Shown here in pieces: positions 9,804-20,238 of a stretch of 47,271 nucleotides of DNA (its first letter is position 1; each line of letters starts with the position of its first letter). Source of the DNA: a virus (Duplodnaviria > Caudoviricetes); the IMG/VR virus record IMGVR_UViG_3300039066_000017, positions 1 to 47,271 of that record; one strand, written 5' to 3'. The notes below the pieces were generated by a model, which did no database searches, had not been told where the DNA came from, and saw nothing but the letters and a program-made list of their open reading frames with translations. Both the position numbers and the translations under genes were made by a program.

Positions 9804-10763
9804 TTAAATCAATGCGACACTCGATGAACCATTAGCTCCAGCGGAGCCGTTAGTACCACCTGTTCCACCTGTGCCTTTTATACCGCCTGAACCACCAGCA
9901 GTAATAAGTGAAGGTAATGTTCCGGCTCTGTATCTAATTACAAGCCTACCACCTGAACCACCAGCACCACCTCCACCAGCACCAGCAGGATACCCCCCAC
10001 CAGAAGTTGCTCTACAGGTCCCACCATTGAAGCCATTTCGACCACCTACATTGACTGAACCCGAGCCTGATATATTACCTTCTATAAATAAGAGTAATCC
10101 TTTCCCGTGGTGTCCCCTGTATCCACCACCACCACCACCTGGTAAGTTACTTATTGTGCTAGATGCACCACCACCACCACCGCCTCCTCCACCGCCAGCA
10201 TTACCTGTAGAGCCTCCAGCACCACTCGCACCATTTCCGATTGTAGAGTTAGCAACGCCACCAGAAGCAGAGCCTGATGTGCTACCATTCGAGTTGCCTG
10301 CTCCACCAGCAGCTCCAGCTCTCACATTACCAGAAGCTCCAGCACCACCACCACCGTTACCAGTAGACTGAGCACCACCAGCAGCGGTTCCTGAGCCCAT
10401 ACCACCTGTACCACCAGCAGATTGAGTAATTGAATAAGATAGTGAGCCGAATCCGAATGCTGAGGTTTTGGAGTATGTTCCTCCTGTACCAGCAGTTTGT
10501 CCATCATATCCAGCTCTAGCTATAATTTGACCATTGATAATGCAATCATTTCTGCATGCAATTTCTGTCCATGCTCCAGTGTTACCAGTAATCCTTAGTG
10601 TTCCACCTGTATGAATAGTAATTGAGTTGTACTGCTTTACAGAGCCTTCAGCTAAGTCGAAAGTTACACCTGTATTAACGACAAGATCACCATCTGCACC
10701 AGATGTTACCTTGGGGATTGTTTTTTTAAAGAATGAAAAAGGTATATGTGGCTGTGCAAACAT
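9804..10763 (-). CDS. Glycine-rich tail fibre/spike-associated protein
   Basis: Long GGGGG/GAGG tracts interleaved with short beta strands. Confidence 0.7.
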   Translation of the reverse strand: MFAQPHIPFSFFKKTIPKVTSGADGDLVVNTGVTFDLAEGSVKQYNSITIHTGGTLRITGNTGAWTEIACRNDCIINGQIIARAGYDGQTAGTGGTYSKTSAFGFGSLSYSITQSAGGTGGMGSGTAAGGAQSTGNGGGGAGASGNVRAGAAGGAGNSNGSTSGSASGGVANSTIGNGASGAGGSTGNAGGGGGGGGGGASSTISNLPGGGGGGYRGHHGKGLLLFIEGNISGSGSVNVGGRNGFNGGTCRATSGGGYPAGAGGGGAGGSGGRLVIRYRAGTLPSLITAGGSGGIKGTGGTGGTNGSAGANGSSSVALI

Positions 10764-10773
10764 TGATTAACCT

Positions 10774-11157
10774 TTATACATTTGTCATACCTGGAATAAA
10801 TGAGGCTGTTGTTTCTGCATTATCTCTAATAAATGTATAAACATTTTTCTGACCAGCAGGGATAGATAGAACCATTGCAGGATCTCTCCATATGCCAGAC
10901 GGAAAAGCTATCGTAACAGCTGCGCCACTTGTATTCTTAATCATGACAGTAATAACTTTACCATCCTCCATATTAGAGAATGTGAATGTAGAGTTAGCAC
11001 TTATGGACTTTCTGAATATGTAACCCAAACTCCAATCAATATCTAGTGCTGCTATGTTTATTGATGGCTGAACGAATCCATTTTCAATGTATTGCTTTAG
11101 AGAAATATTTTCACTATTCGCTGTAACTAAAACAGCTAAGTCTTTAACTCTCGCCAT
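10774..11157 (-). CDS. Tail fibre-associated beta-rich protein
   Basis: IDWSLG...TFTFSN...ITVMIKN...IAFP..W pattern seen in fibre modules; synteny. Confidence 0.5.
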   Translation of the reverse strand: MARVKDLAVLVTANSENISLKQYIENGFVQPSINIAALDIDWSLGYIFRKSISANSTFTFSNMEDGKVITVMIKNTSGAAVTIAFPSGIWRDPAMVLSIPAGQKNVYTFIRDNAETTASFIPGMTNV

Positions 11158-11171
11158 AAGATTAACTCCAT

Positions 11172-11564
11172 TTAGTTATGACAGTACACGATGGAAACTT
11201 TGTCTCCAATCACGAGACTCGCCATATCTCCAATCATACTAACTCTTGATTCTGCTGGACCAATTACAGTAGTGGTAAAATCCACCAATGGAAATTGAGG
11301 CGGCCACCCTTCAGGAGTTACAGATATTGTTTGAATAATATGTGCAGGAACTGTTATGTATCCATTCGAGATATCAGAGCTATCTAGAGTCCTTACAAAA
11401 GTTCCAATATTAACTACAGCATCATTTCCAGCCTCACCTTGCGGTCCTTGTGGTCCTGGAGTAGATTTTATGTTGCTAACTATTTTTGTAAAACTATCTG
11501 ATAACTGTCTGAATACTGCTCTAGTGTAACTATCTTTAATCTTAGATAAGTCTAGATTAATCAT
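11172..11564 (-). CDS. Structural protein with short collagen-like segment
   Basis: PGPQGPQGEAGND; overlaps the nozzle gene end. Confidence 0.55.
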   Translation of the reverse strand: MINLDLSKIKDSYTRAVFRQLSDSFTKIVSNIKSTPGPQGPQGEAGNDAVVNIGTFVRTLDSSDISNGYITVPAHIIQTISVTPEGWPPQFPLVDFTTTVIGPAESRVSMIGDMASLVIGDKVSIVYCHN

Positions 11565-13767
11565 TGATAGTCACTCCTTTCTGGAAGTAACCACCTTTAT
11601 CATCGAGTGTTTCATAGCTAAAGATAATAGACTCTAAGTGGAATCTCTGATTACTAGGAAAGCCTGTCATTGACCACTCATAAACACCTGTAGCCAGTAG
11701 ACCTGATGGTTCAATAATTGTGAATGAATTATCATTTGAAGCGTCTACTACATAATCCTTCCCAGCAATTGTAATGGTCTTACCAATCGAATCAGTAGGA
11801 ATGAATACTTTATCAGTATCAGCAATAGTTAAAACTTTCGTACCTGAATCATATGAAGCATAGGTATCTACATCACCAGCTATAGAGCCTGTAATGGTAG
11901 ATTTAGCGTTAGTAATTTCTAATTGTTTACGCTTACATCTAATTTTTCCACTCTTGAAGAATCTAGTCTGAGATAGACGTAATTCTAATCCCCATACACT
12001 AGCATTATCTCCATATAGCCAATCTTGATCATTCCACACCAGACCTGACCTGTGAGTGATTGGAGTAAGAGCTTTAGGGTTTACGTTAGAGTCATCATAA
12101 GAGTTAACTTGAATATCAAGGTTAGTTTTACCTTCACCTGATACAGTAACCTTAGTGGCCCATTTATGAATATCTGATACACCAAAGTCATATGCGATAT
12201 GCTTAAACCTCTGAATTACAGGTGTGTTTTGCCAATTAACAGAAGAAGTATCAGTATCAATGATAGGATCTTGAAATAGAATAGGTTCATGTACGAATGT
12301 ATATCCACTTTCATCTGTTCTATAAATAGTTCTATCTTTCGAACATAAAATAGAAGTAGGTTTAAAGTTACCTGAGTCACCAGTCCATGTAGTGAATGAG
12401 TTGAATGTGATGTCATAAACATAAATTTCATAACGTGAGACTGATGTTTTTGTAGTCCACATTACCCTATTGTTTAATCTATCGTATGAACCTTTAATAG
12501 AGTCAGGATTACCTGAGAATCCTTTATATCTAGTTGGAAAGTTCTTCTCTTCACCTGGTACTTTTTTAATTTGATAACCATCTGTCCAATAGAAGCTATC
12601 AGGACCAGCAAAGAATACACCTTTATCAGTCTTAACAATTGATAGGTGGTTAATTGAGCTAACAGCATCAGCTACTAGTCTCTTCTCTTGATTACCACTA
12701 CCATCTAATCCAATTACACCTTCAATGCGCCATAGTTGGTTCTCAGTGAAGATAATAGGGTTAGATTGGAATGAACTGATGCCAAGAATTTCTTCTTCAA
12801 ACTCAGTATAATAATCATCAGGAACAGAGTCAGGATCTCCAATTTGAGATTGATAAACTCTATATGGATAGAGCTCAGTATTTGCATACCAACCGCAGTT
12901 GTTAGACATATCAAGATATCTAGACACTGGTGGTTGATAGTTATCACTAGCTCCACTTGAGTTATAAATTAACTCACCTAGAACTAAGTCTTCATCAGTC
13001 TTGTTATCAGCAAAAGTAGTTGTACCGTTAGTAACCTCACCAACTAAATAACCTTCAGTGCCAGTATCAACCGTCCTAAAAATTCTAACTTTAATATTGT
13101 CTACATCGTAATGAGTTCTAGAAGTATTGGCCAAAACTGGAATAGCTGTAATGTTATTTTGTGAACCATCCATATCAGCAGCATTACTAACAATATGCTG
13201 AATAGTAGGGCCATAATCAATAAACTTAATATCACCTACGAAGTACTCATAGTAGTAAGCGTAGTAATAGATATAAGTCTTACCATCAGCTGAAGATGGA
13301 GTAACTGTTGGAAGTGATGCTACTTCTGGTAGTCCCGAAGTGACTAATTGATAATCACCATCACCATCCTTAAACATTTTAACTGATTTTGAGCCAGCAT
13401 CATCAGTGATGAATAGATGTTTATTCCATTCAAAGAAACTAATTTTTGTAGTATTAAAAGCTTCAGTTAGACATTTATTAGGAGCACCTTTACCAATAAC
13501 TTCAGTCCAGGTTGAACCATCCCATGTTAGAATTTGTCCACCAAAGAATTCTACCTTCTCACCTCTAAACTCAGTGATGTGGTTAGGAGTTGTAACTGTA
13601 GTAACAGGCTTACTATCAGAAGGGTCCATTAACCTACTACCCCATCTAGTCTCTAGCCCTTTATCTTTAGTGATAATAATATTTTCAAGCTCAGCTGAAC
13701 AAGTTGGGTCACTTGTAAAGATGAAGTCTGTTATACCACCTGAGAAGTCTTTTAATTCAGCTCTCAT
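11557..13767 (-). CDS. Tail nozzle / DNA stabilisation protein (P22 gp10, T7 tail tubular B-like)
   Basis: 736 aa, N-terminal DFSGG...LENI.....GLETRWG, beta-propeller-like composition. Confidence 0.75.
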   Translation of the reverse strand: MRAELKDFSGGITDFIFTSDPTCSAELENIIITKDKGLETRWGSRLMDPSDSKPVTTVTTPNHITEFRGEKVEFFGGQILTWDGSTWTEVIGKGAPNKCLTEAFNTTKISFFEWNKHLFITDDAGSKSVKMFKDGDGDYQLVTSGLPEVASLPTVTPSSADGKTYIYYYAYYYEYFVGDIKFIDYGPTIQHIVSNAADMDGSQNNITAIPVLANTSRTHYDVDNIKVRIFRTVDTGTEGYLVGEVTNGTTTFADNKTDEDLVLGELIYNSSGASDNYQPPVSRYLDMSNNCGWYANTELYPYRVYQSQIGDPDSVPDDYYTEFEEEILGISSFQSNPIIFTENQLWRIEGVIGLDGSGNQEKRLVADAVSSINHLSIVKTDKGVFFAGPDSFYWTDGYQIKKVPGEEKNFPTRYKGFSGNPDSIKGSYDRLNNRVMWTTKTSVSRYEIYVYDITFNSFTTWTGDSGNFKPTSILCSKDRTIYRTDESGYTFVHEPILFQDPIIDTDTSSVNWQNTPVIQRFKHIAYDFGVSDIHKWATKVTVSGEGKTNLDIQVNSYDDSNVNPKALTPITHRSGLVWNDQDWLYGDNASVWGLELRLSQTRFFKSGKIRCKRKQLEITNAKSTITGSIAGDVDTYASYDSGTKVLTIADTDKVFIPTDSIGKTITIAGKDYVVDASNDNSFTIIEPSGLLATGVYEWSMTGFPSNQRFHLESIIFSYETLDDKGGYFQKGVTIND

Positions 13768-14150
13768 TAGAAGATAACCACCTTAACATCAAATGTGTTG
13801 GTGTAGATTTTAAAGTCCAGTGAGTTGTCACCAGTCTTAACGATTGTTGGGTTAATTTCTTGTCCAACTAGATCACCAGAGTTAATGATAAATTTGAATA
13901 ATGAATTATCAAAACCGTAACCTGTAGGAAGTGTTAAGCTATATAGGTAATCACCATCTGATTGTTCTACTAAATTTACAGCCGGAATTACTACTGACTG
14001 CTTCTCGAGTGAGCTAGACTTAACTAGTGGAGAATTTAAACCATCATGAGTGTGCCCATCTAAAACTGCAAAGTTCTCTGAAATAGCTGGACAAAATATT
14101 GAGCCTCTATCACCTGTTTCAGGAATTTTTAGAAAGTTACCTTGTTGCAT
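13767..14150 (-). CDS. Hypothetical structural protein
   Basis: IPETGD.G...ENF..LD.HTHDG fibre-root-like motif; translationally coupled. Confidence 0.6.
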   Translation of the reverse strand: MQQGNFLKIPETGDRGSIFCPAISENFAVLDGHTHDGLNSPLVKSSSLEKQSVVIPAVNLVEQSDGDYLYSLTLPTGYGFDNSLFKFIINSGDLVGQEINPTIVKTGDNSLDFKIYTNTFDVKVVIF

Positions 14151-14151
14151 A

Positions 14152-14439
14152 TTATTTCATCCTTAAAATTAATTTATCCAACTTATCATTAGCACTACCT
14201 ACGCCATTCTTTAGCCATCCAACATCATTCTGGATCACTGACATTTGAGTATTAATAGGAGCTAATTCAGCTTTACGCTCAATTCTCATTTCATTTTTAA
14301 GCTTGTCATTATTAGCGTTTAACTTACCCTCAAAGTAGTCATACCCACCCCAACCAAGCATGAATAAAGAGCATGAATATCCAATGAACTTCTTAACTAA
14401 TCCTGGAATGCTAGATAAAATTTCAGTTAAGATTTTCAT
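14152..14439 (-). CDS. Single-TM coiled-coil protein, possible holin-like
   Basis: Hydrophobic segment around residues 18-31 followed by heptad-like tail ending DKLDKLILRMK. Confidence 0.45.
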   Translation of the reverse strand: MKILTEILSSIPGLVKKFIGYSCSLFMLGWGGYDYFEGKLNANNDKLKNEMRIERKAELAPINTQMSVIQNDVGWLKNGVGSANDKLDKLILRMK

Positions 14440-14447
14440 CTCATCCC

Positions 14448-15845
14448 TTAGTATTTGATAATGTATTGCATGGCCACGTTGTTAGGACGAGCATCATGGC
14501 CACCAGATTTACCAGAGACTGATACGTTAGCTTCACTCGTTACACCCGACATTGCATATAGTGAGCTTGTTCCTGAAGCGTTACCAGCAGTAGCAGTATT
14601 GGTAGACGAAACAGTTCCAGCTACGTTTTCTGAGCGCATCGTTAAGTGAGTATGTGATTTGTTGTTGTTCTCTTGTCTTGACCCCACACCAGACCCAAAT
14701 GGAGCTCCAGGTGTGCCATAAACTCCTAGTCGTGAGTCAGGATCTTCCCATTGTTGAAGAATAAAGTCTGTTGTTGAGCCTGAAATGGCTATCTTGGTTC
14801 CTGCTATTGCGTTAGCATAAGTAGAGGCAAATGCAAGAGTGTTAGAGTCAATAACAATTGCGTAGTAATCTACTCCTGTAGTCAGACCTGTAGGAGAAAA
14901 ACCTAATCCGCCCACCCTTACTTTGAATCCTGTCCTGTTTATTCCGTGGTCTGTAAATGTCACATTGTTAGAAGAGATTGTTCCGCTTGCATACAGACTA
15001 GACGCTAGAGTTGATGCACCTCTAATGAACTGACCTCTTAAGTCAGGCACGTTGAAAGTTGTAGAGTTATTACCAATACCGTGACTTGTTCCAATAGCTC
15101 CAAACAGATCAGGATATATTGTTCTACTAACTGCTTGGCCATGACAGAATAACCATCCGCTAGGTGGTTCATCAAAATAATCTCCAGCATAAGCATTAAC
15201 AGTACCTGGAGGACAAGCTTGTTTAATTAATTCTTCAATCTGAGCAATCGCAGCGTTAAGCTCAATAGCACCGACTCTACCAGAGGCAGCAGTTTTGATT
15301 GTGTTATTATCAGCTGAAATATTTTTATTAGTTAGAGTATCAGCAGTATTCCTTCCTATTAAAGTATCGTTAGCAACAGGCAAAGTTAATAGATTAGGTG
15401 CTGCTGGTCTAATTTGAGCAATTACAGGAGTTGTTAAAGTTTTATTTGTTAAAGTATCAGCAGTAGTTCTAGCTACTAAAGTATCAGTTACGACAGGCAA
15501 GGTTAAAGTATTGGCCACATCTGGCTTAACCTGAGCAATGACTGGAGTAGTTAGTGTTTTATTTGTGAGTGTATCTGTAGATGTTCTACTGACTAAATTA
15601 TCTGTAGCATCTGGAAGAGTTAAAGTGTTACCAGCTGAAGGTTTAATTTGAGCTATAACAGGAGTTGTTAACGTCTTATTTGTGATAGTCTGAGCAGTAG
15701 CTGTATCAACTAACTCTCTAACAGCATCACCATCATGAAATTTAAACTTTTTAGAGCCTGTATTGTACCAGATTAAACCTTTAGTAGATAAATCATCTGA
15801 TAGCTGTTCAAGTTTGGCCTTAACTAATTGACCGTAGATATTCAT
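14448..15845 (-). CDS. Tail fibre protein with phage tail-collar domain
   Basis: TLTNKT repeats; PPGTV..YAG..PPSGWLFCHGQAVSRTIYPDLF.AIG...FNVPDLRGQFIRG; C-terminal RPNNVAMQYIIKY. Confidence 0.92.
   Translation of the reverse strand: MNIYGQLVKAKLEQLSDDLSTKGLIWYNTGSKKFKFHDGDAVRELVDTATAQTITNKTLTTPVIAQIKPSAGNTLTLPDATDNLVSRTSTDTLTNKTLTTPVIAQVKPDVANTLTLPVVTDTLVARTTADTLTNKTLTTPVIAQIRPAAPNLLTLPVANDTLIGRNTADTLTNKNISADNNTIKTAASGRVGAIELNAAIAQIEELIKQACPPGTVNAYAGDYFDEPPSGWLFCHGQAVSRTIYPDLFGAIGTSHGIGNNSTTFNVPDLRGQFIRGASTLASSLYASGTISSNNVTFTDHGINRTGFKVRVGGLGFSPTGLTTGVDYYAIVIDSNTLAFASTYANAIAGTKIAISGSTTDFILQQWEDPDSRLGVYGTPGAPFGSGVGSRQENNNKSHTHLTMRSENVAGTVSSTNTATAGNASGTSSLYAMSGVTSEANVSVSGKSGGHDARPNNVAMQYIIKY
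15324..15689 (-). repeat. Three tandem 39-aa (117-bp) fibre shaft repeats
   Basis: TLTNKTLTTPVIAQxxP...LTLP...DxLxxR...D x3 plus a final TLTNK. Confidence 0.92.
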
Positions 15846-15913
15846 ACTCTGTTCCCTCTAATTAGTAGCTTTGTAGAGATGAAGAGGAATGAAAAGCTAC
15901 CTCTATTCATCAG

Positions 15914-15945
15914 AAAATAGGTGGAGAGCTGTTAAACTCCCCACC
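15914..15945 (-). terminator. Rho-independent terminator after the capsid gene
   Basis: Minus strand ggtggggag-tttaacag-ctctccacc followed by tatttt, just after the stop. Confidence 0.75.
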
Positions 15946-15956
15946 GTAGTAACTAA

Positions 15957-17222
15957 TTAAGAAGCAGCAATTGGAGAAGGGATAGAGTGGACATATGCCT
16001 GCTTACAAGGAGCAAGACATACAAGCTCTCCATACACTTCAAAGTCTACAAGGAAGTACCAGCCAGAAGTTGTTCTTACAGTGTAATACTTATGACCTTC
16101 AGGAGATGCTACCTGACGAACGAAGCCGTTAGTCGCAAATTTGAAGTCTTTAGGGTTAACAATCATCATCATAGTGTCGTCCATTTCTGGTACAGCTACG
16201 ATAGTTACAAGTTGACCAGTTACTGAACCAACTTGAATTTCTTGCCATCCATACTTAGAAACTTTACGACTACCTGGCTGAACATTATAAGCCTTCTTCT
16301 CACCTTCGAGTTGTTTAAGAACAGCTGCGAATTGACGACCAGATACCCATACTTCATCAGCTTGAGAAGCAGCAGTAATCTGAAGCTCAGTCACATAGTC
16401 AAAAATCTTATCAAGGATATTTGCAGCTGTGATGTCTGAGCCAGAGAATACGTTCGGCTGAAGGAATGAGTAGTCAGCTTTGTTAAGGCCCCATAGAGTC
16501 GTAACAGCTGGATCAAGGATATCCTTCATAGACGTAAAGCCATTAGCTTTTTGTCCTGGATGGTAAATCTTGATACCTGTAGAAGCAGTAGTTAGAGCTG
16601 AGATATCAGCAGCAGCACCACCACGAGTAGCAGATACTTTAATTTTTGGAGCTAGAAGGTTAGAGCGATCAACAGCAAGAACGTAGTATGTAGCAAGAGC
16701 TGTATCAGCATCTTCAATTTGAATCTTCATACCTTTACGGAAACGCTCAATACGGTCTACTTCAAGTAGACCACCAGCAGTACCGTTAGCTGTACCTTTA
16801 GCTAGAACCTTACCATTTAGGAAGTTCTGAGCAATTGCCATACGAATAGTATCAGCAAATTCATTTAGAGTATTAGGTAGAAGCTTGAGGAATGATGCTT
16901 CAGTAATTTTACCATCGTGAGTGATAAGATCTTTATGTTTGAACTTGAGAGTACCTGTTAGAGACTTCTCATCATCCTTGTCAATCTTACCAGTCTTATG
17001 ATCACCTTCATGAACATCAGTCTCAGCAGTAAATCCACCAAACTCGATAGATGATGGAGCTGATTCTGTGAAAGCAATCTTATAATCTCCACCCTTCCAT
17101 GTCTCATCCATAGAAATTTTCTTGATGATGTCTGTACGGTTGACTACTTCATTCTTCATTAGTTCAGGGTGAAGTTTCTCGTTAATTAGTTCTACAAAGT
17201 CTGCATTTTGATCAATAGCCAT
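15957..17222 (-). CDS. Major capsid protein
   Basis: 421 aa after portal and scaffold, followed by a terminator; C-terminal YGELVC..PCKQ pattern of HK97-fold capsids. Confidence 0.85.
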   Translation of the reverse strand: MAIDQNADFVELINEKLHPELMKNEVVNRTDIIKKISMDETWKGGDYKIAFTESAPSSIEFGGFTAETDVHEGDHKTGKIDKDDEKSLTGTLKFKHKDLITHDGKITEASFLKLLPNTLNEFADTIRMAIAQNFLNGKVLAKGTANGTAGGLLEVDRIERFRKGMKIQIEDADTALATYYVLAVDRSNLLAPKIKVSATRGGAAADISALTTASTGIKIYHPGQKANGFTSMKDILDPAVTTLWGLNKADYSFLQPNVFSGSDITAANILDKIFDYVTELQITAASQADEVWVSGRQFAAVLKQLEGEKKAYNVQPGSRKVSKYGWQEIQVGSVTGQLVTIVAVPEMDDTMMMIVNPKDFKFATNGFVRQVASPEGHKYYTVRTTSGWYFLVDFEVYGELVCLAPCKQAYVHSIPSPIAAS

Positions 17223-17238
17223 AAATTATTCCTTTAAT

Positions 17239-18180
17239 TTAGTTCGTAAGTTGTTTGTATTCATTTTCAAGGTCAGCAATACTCATTGGACGCTTTTTAA
17301 CAGGTGAGCCACTTGAGCCATTAGGGACAATGATAGGTTTAGGTTGAGGCTTAGATTGAGGTAGACCTTGACCACCTACTGGAGCACCATTACCCATACC
17401 TGGATTAAGTGATTCAGCTTGTAGGCCCAACATTCTAATAGCACCCTCAACAGCTTCTGCTGGAGTGATAGAACGTCCATTAATAGTCCACTCGTAATTC
17501 CCAACTTTATCTACAGCATCTCTAAAAGCTTCTTCGTTACCCATACGCTGGTTATAAGAGCTAATGAGGTTAGCAAACTTCGGATTAGCGAATGTAGTTT
17601 GAAGTTCAAGCTCATGCTTTTGCATAGCTAGACTCTGACTATATTCTTGCTGTTGTTGAAGTTGCTGTTGGTAGAGCTCAGCTTGTTGTCTAATGTGGTT
17701 TTCATTATCAATTCGTCTGCGCTCGTGATCTGGAAGTGATTCATAAGTTAGTTGTTGTTTTACGAACTCTCTAATTTGTTGATCATTCAGACCTAAAGTC
17801 TTGAACACATTTCCGAGATTACCCTTTTGAATGTCTTGAACAATTTGGTTCCTAGCTCCATCCAATGCCGAGTAAGCAGTTTTGTATTTACCTACTTCCT
17901 GCTCAACTTGTGAGTAACGCTCTTTAAGAGGTTCAAAACCTCCAGCTTTTTCGAAAAGTTTAGTTAGATGTGGCTGAGTATCTTTGTTGAGCAATGGTCT
18001 TGCCCACTCATCCATTTCAAACTCTTTCCCATAAGCTTTGTACTTGTAGTTTGGAGAGAACTCTTCAACTACAGGTTGTGCTAGTGATTGGTCAGTGTTC
18101 ACTTGTGATGAAACTGATGTCTCAATAGCTGATTCATTCGTGCTGGTTTCTACTGCTGGTGTGTCAGTATTAATATCCAT
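17239..18180 (-). CDS. Capsid scaffolding protein
   Basis: Acidic low-complexity N-terminus, Q-rich coiled coil, Pro-rich tail with terminal helix; between portal and capsid. Confidence 0.75.
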   Translation of the reverse strand: MDINTDTPAVETSTNESAIETSVSSQVNTDQSLAQPVVEEFSPNYKYKAYGKEFEMDEWARPLLNKDTQPHLTKLFEKAGGFEPLKERYSQVEQEVGKYKTAYSALDGARNQIVQDIQKGNLGNVFKTLGLNDQQIREFVKQQLTYESLPDHERRRIDNENHIRQQAELYQQQLQQQQEYSQSLAMQKHELELQTTFANPKFANLISSYNQRMGNEEAFRDAVDKVGNYEWTINGRSITPAEAVEGAIRMLGLQAESLNPGMGNGAPVGGQGLPQSKPQPKPIIVPNGSSGSPVKKRPMSIADLENEYKQLTN

Positions 18181-20236
18181 TTATTTCTCCTAGCCCTTGG
18201 TGAGGCTCGGACATTTGTGTGTTTTGTTGTTGAGGAACATTCATCATTTGAGCAATATCAGCTGCTGGTTGATCACCTAGAGAAGATAACTCATCAATGA
18301 GAGCACCTTGTTCTTGTAGCTTTTTATAGATATGAACAAGAGCATCATGTGGTAGACGAACTCTCTTAGAAGCATTCTTAGGGTCAAGATATAGTGATAC
18401 TGGAATTAGAGCTCCACCTGATGGAATAGCTTGCTGTTGAGCTCTTAACATCTTCTCAGCTTGTTCAGCCTTGTAATGTTCATGTTGTTGAATTCGATTA
18501 TGATAAAGATTCTGAACTTGAGGATCTAAATATCTGAAGCTAGATTCTTTCATTCTATTGTTGATACGCTTAATGAAATAGTCATGGTTATCACTAGGCA
18601 TAACATCAATAGGCTGAAGTCTTTCAATAGCAGCAAAAACATCCTCTACAGCTCTAAAGTCAGCAGTAATCTCTTGAGCCATTGCTGAATCTTTAAGATA
18701 TGGCATATGAGCTACTAGAACTGCTACTTGTTCAGGTTGTAATCCTTGAGCATATTGAAGTGTGTGTTGAATAGCTTGTTGAGCACCTAGGGTAGACTCG
18801 ATATCAGCAGAATTAGATTTGATATCAATTGAATAATCCATACGAGTAATACGTTTGAACTCTTCAATGTTGATGTAGTCTTTCTTATCTACTGAAGGAA
18901 CAAGATTCTCATCAGTGTAATATTTCTGAGCCACTTCAAGTGATACATGAGTAAGCTCTTTAACGAATGATTCAAATATGTCTGACTTAGATGAGAATTT
19001 CTTCTTATCTTTCAATGAGCGATATAAAAGTGCCATTGGGTCAGTGTTAGGTACTTTCTCTTCTTCTTCTAACTGGAGATTAGCTAGTCTATACATCTCC
19101 TCAATTTGTTGAGCTAGAATTGGTAGATACTTCTCACCAGATTGACCTTGCTGAACAGTAGGCATAGCACCTGAATATCTCATCAGTACTGCACCAGCCA
19201 TTGTTCCACCGTTAGATAACTTAGAACCATTCTGAACCATCAATCTATCTCTGAAATAGATTTGTGACATGGCCATAGTAGAAGCAATACGGTTAATTTC
19301 AGCTTGGCATGGTCTTAGACGTTTAATAATTCCATAACCACGAGGTGATGTAGTTACCTTAGAGTAAGCTCTGCGAGTAATAGGGAAAATTCCATATAGT
19401 GAACCTTCAGCAATAACAACATCTGAAGTAAATAGAACATAATAACCCTCTGGATATTCTTCACATGGACGAATAAATTTATGCTTGATTAGAACTTTGT
19501 CTTTAGATGAGTTAGCATATTGACCTTTTTGAGAGTCAAATACTACGAATGTTTCATCAGCAGATTTAGTAATTTTATCTTTAACATCTTGATCATCAGT
19601 AAGAGCTTTAGCCTCTTCTACATCAACCATCTCACGATAAATAAGGAATGGTGACTTCTCCCAATCTTTAGAGTTTGGAGCCCTTAATAGATTGAATGGT
19701 TCAAGACGTTTATTAACAATTTCACCTGAGAACTTATGCCTAGTTCCTAGAACATTACCAAGCTCATCTTGAACTTGAGCTTCACCTAAATATTCACCTT
19801 TAGTAGGGTCAAAATAGGTAAATGTGGCCATCTCACCAACAACAATAAAGTCAAAGGCTAGATCAGCAATTAGTTCATCAAATTTGTTAAAAGTCTTAAT
19901 CTTATCCCAAACAGCACTAGCTACATCAGCAGCTTTTTTATCCTGGACTTCCATCTTGTGACGAGGGCCAATAAGTACTGAAGGTGAATGAGCTGTAACA
20001 GTAGCATTAATTAGCCTGTCACAAATTGCACCAATATGATTCTTAGTTAGACGTAATTTCTTTTCTTGTGGGATCTTTTGAGTACGAACAAAGTCTCTTA
20101 ATGCTTGGTCTTTATTCTCTGAGTAGTGAGTACCGATATAGAGTAAACAGTTTGACCTCATCTCAGCAAAATGTTTTTTATCTGCCGAGTCTGCATCTGT
20201 ATATTCACTATTTAATTTCGATATTCTGTCAGACAA
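18170..20236 (-). CDS. Portal protein
   Basis: 688 aa downstream of terminase; N.I..I.DRL, GYGII..L...Q.EIN, DNHDYFI patterns of P22-like portals. Confidence 0.85.
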   Translation of the reverse strand: MSDRISKLNSEYTDADSADKKHFAEMRSNCLLYIGTHYSENKDQALRDFVRTQKIPQEKKLRLTKNHIGAICDRLINATVTAHSPSVLIGPRHKMEVQDKKAADVASAVWDKIKTFNKFDELIADLAFDFIVVGEMATFTYFDPTKGEYLGEAQVQDELGNVLGTRHKFSGEIVNKRLEPFNLLRAPNSKDWEKSPFLIYREMVDVEEAKALTDDQDVKDKITKSADETFVVFDSQKGQYANSSKDKVLIKHKFIRPCEEYPEGYYVLFTSDVVIAEGSLYGIFPITRRAYSKVTTSPRGYGIIKRLRPCQAEINRIASTMAMSQIYFRDRLMVQNGSKLSNGGTMAGAVLMRYSGAMPTVQQGQSGEKYLPILAQQIEEMYRLANLQLEEEEKVPNTDPMALLYRSLKDKKKFSSKSDIFESFVKELTHVSLEVAQKYYTDENLVPSVDKKDYINIEEFKRITRMDYSIDIKSNSADIESTLGAQQAIQHTLQYAQGLQPEQVAVLVAHMPYLKDSAMAQEITADFRAVEDVFAAIERLQPIDVMPSDNHDYFIKRINNRMKESSFRYLDPQVQNLYHNRIQQHEHYKAEQAEKMLRAQQQAIPSGGALIPVSLYLDPKNASKRVRLPHDALVHIYKKLQEQGALIDELSSLGDQPAADIAQMMNVPQQQNTQMSEPHQGLGEINGY

Positions 20237-20238
20237 CC

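Noticed and set aside
9871-10371. 166-aa proline-rich plus-strand ORF
   Set aside because: Antisense shadow of the Gly-rich gene's GGT codons
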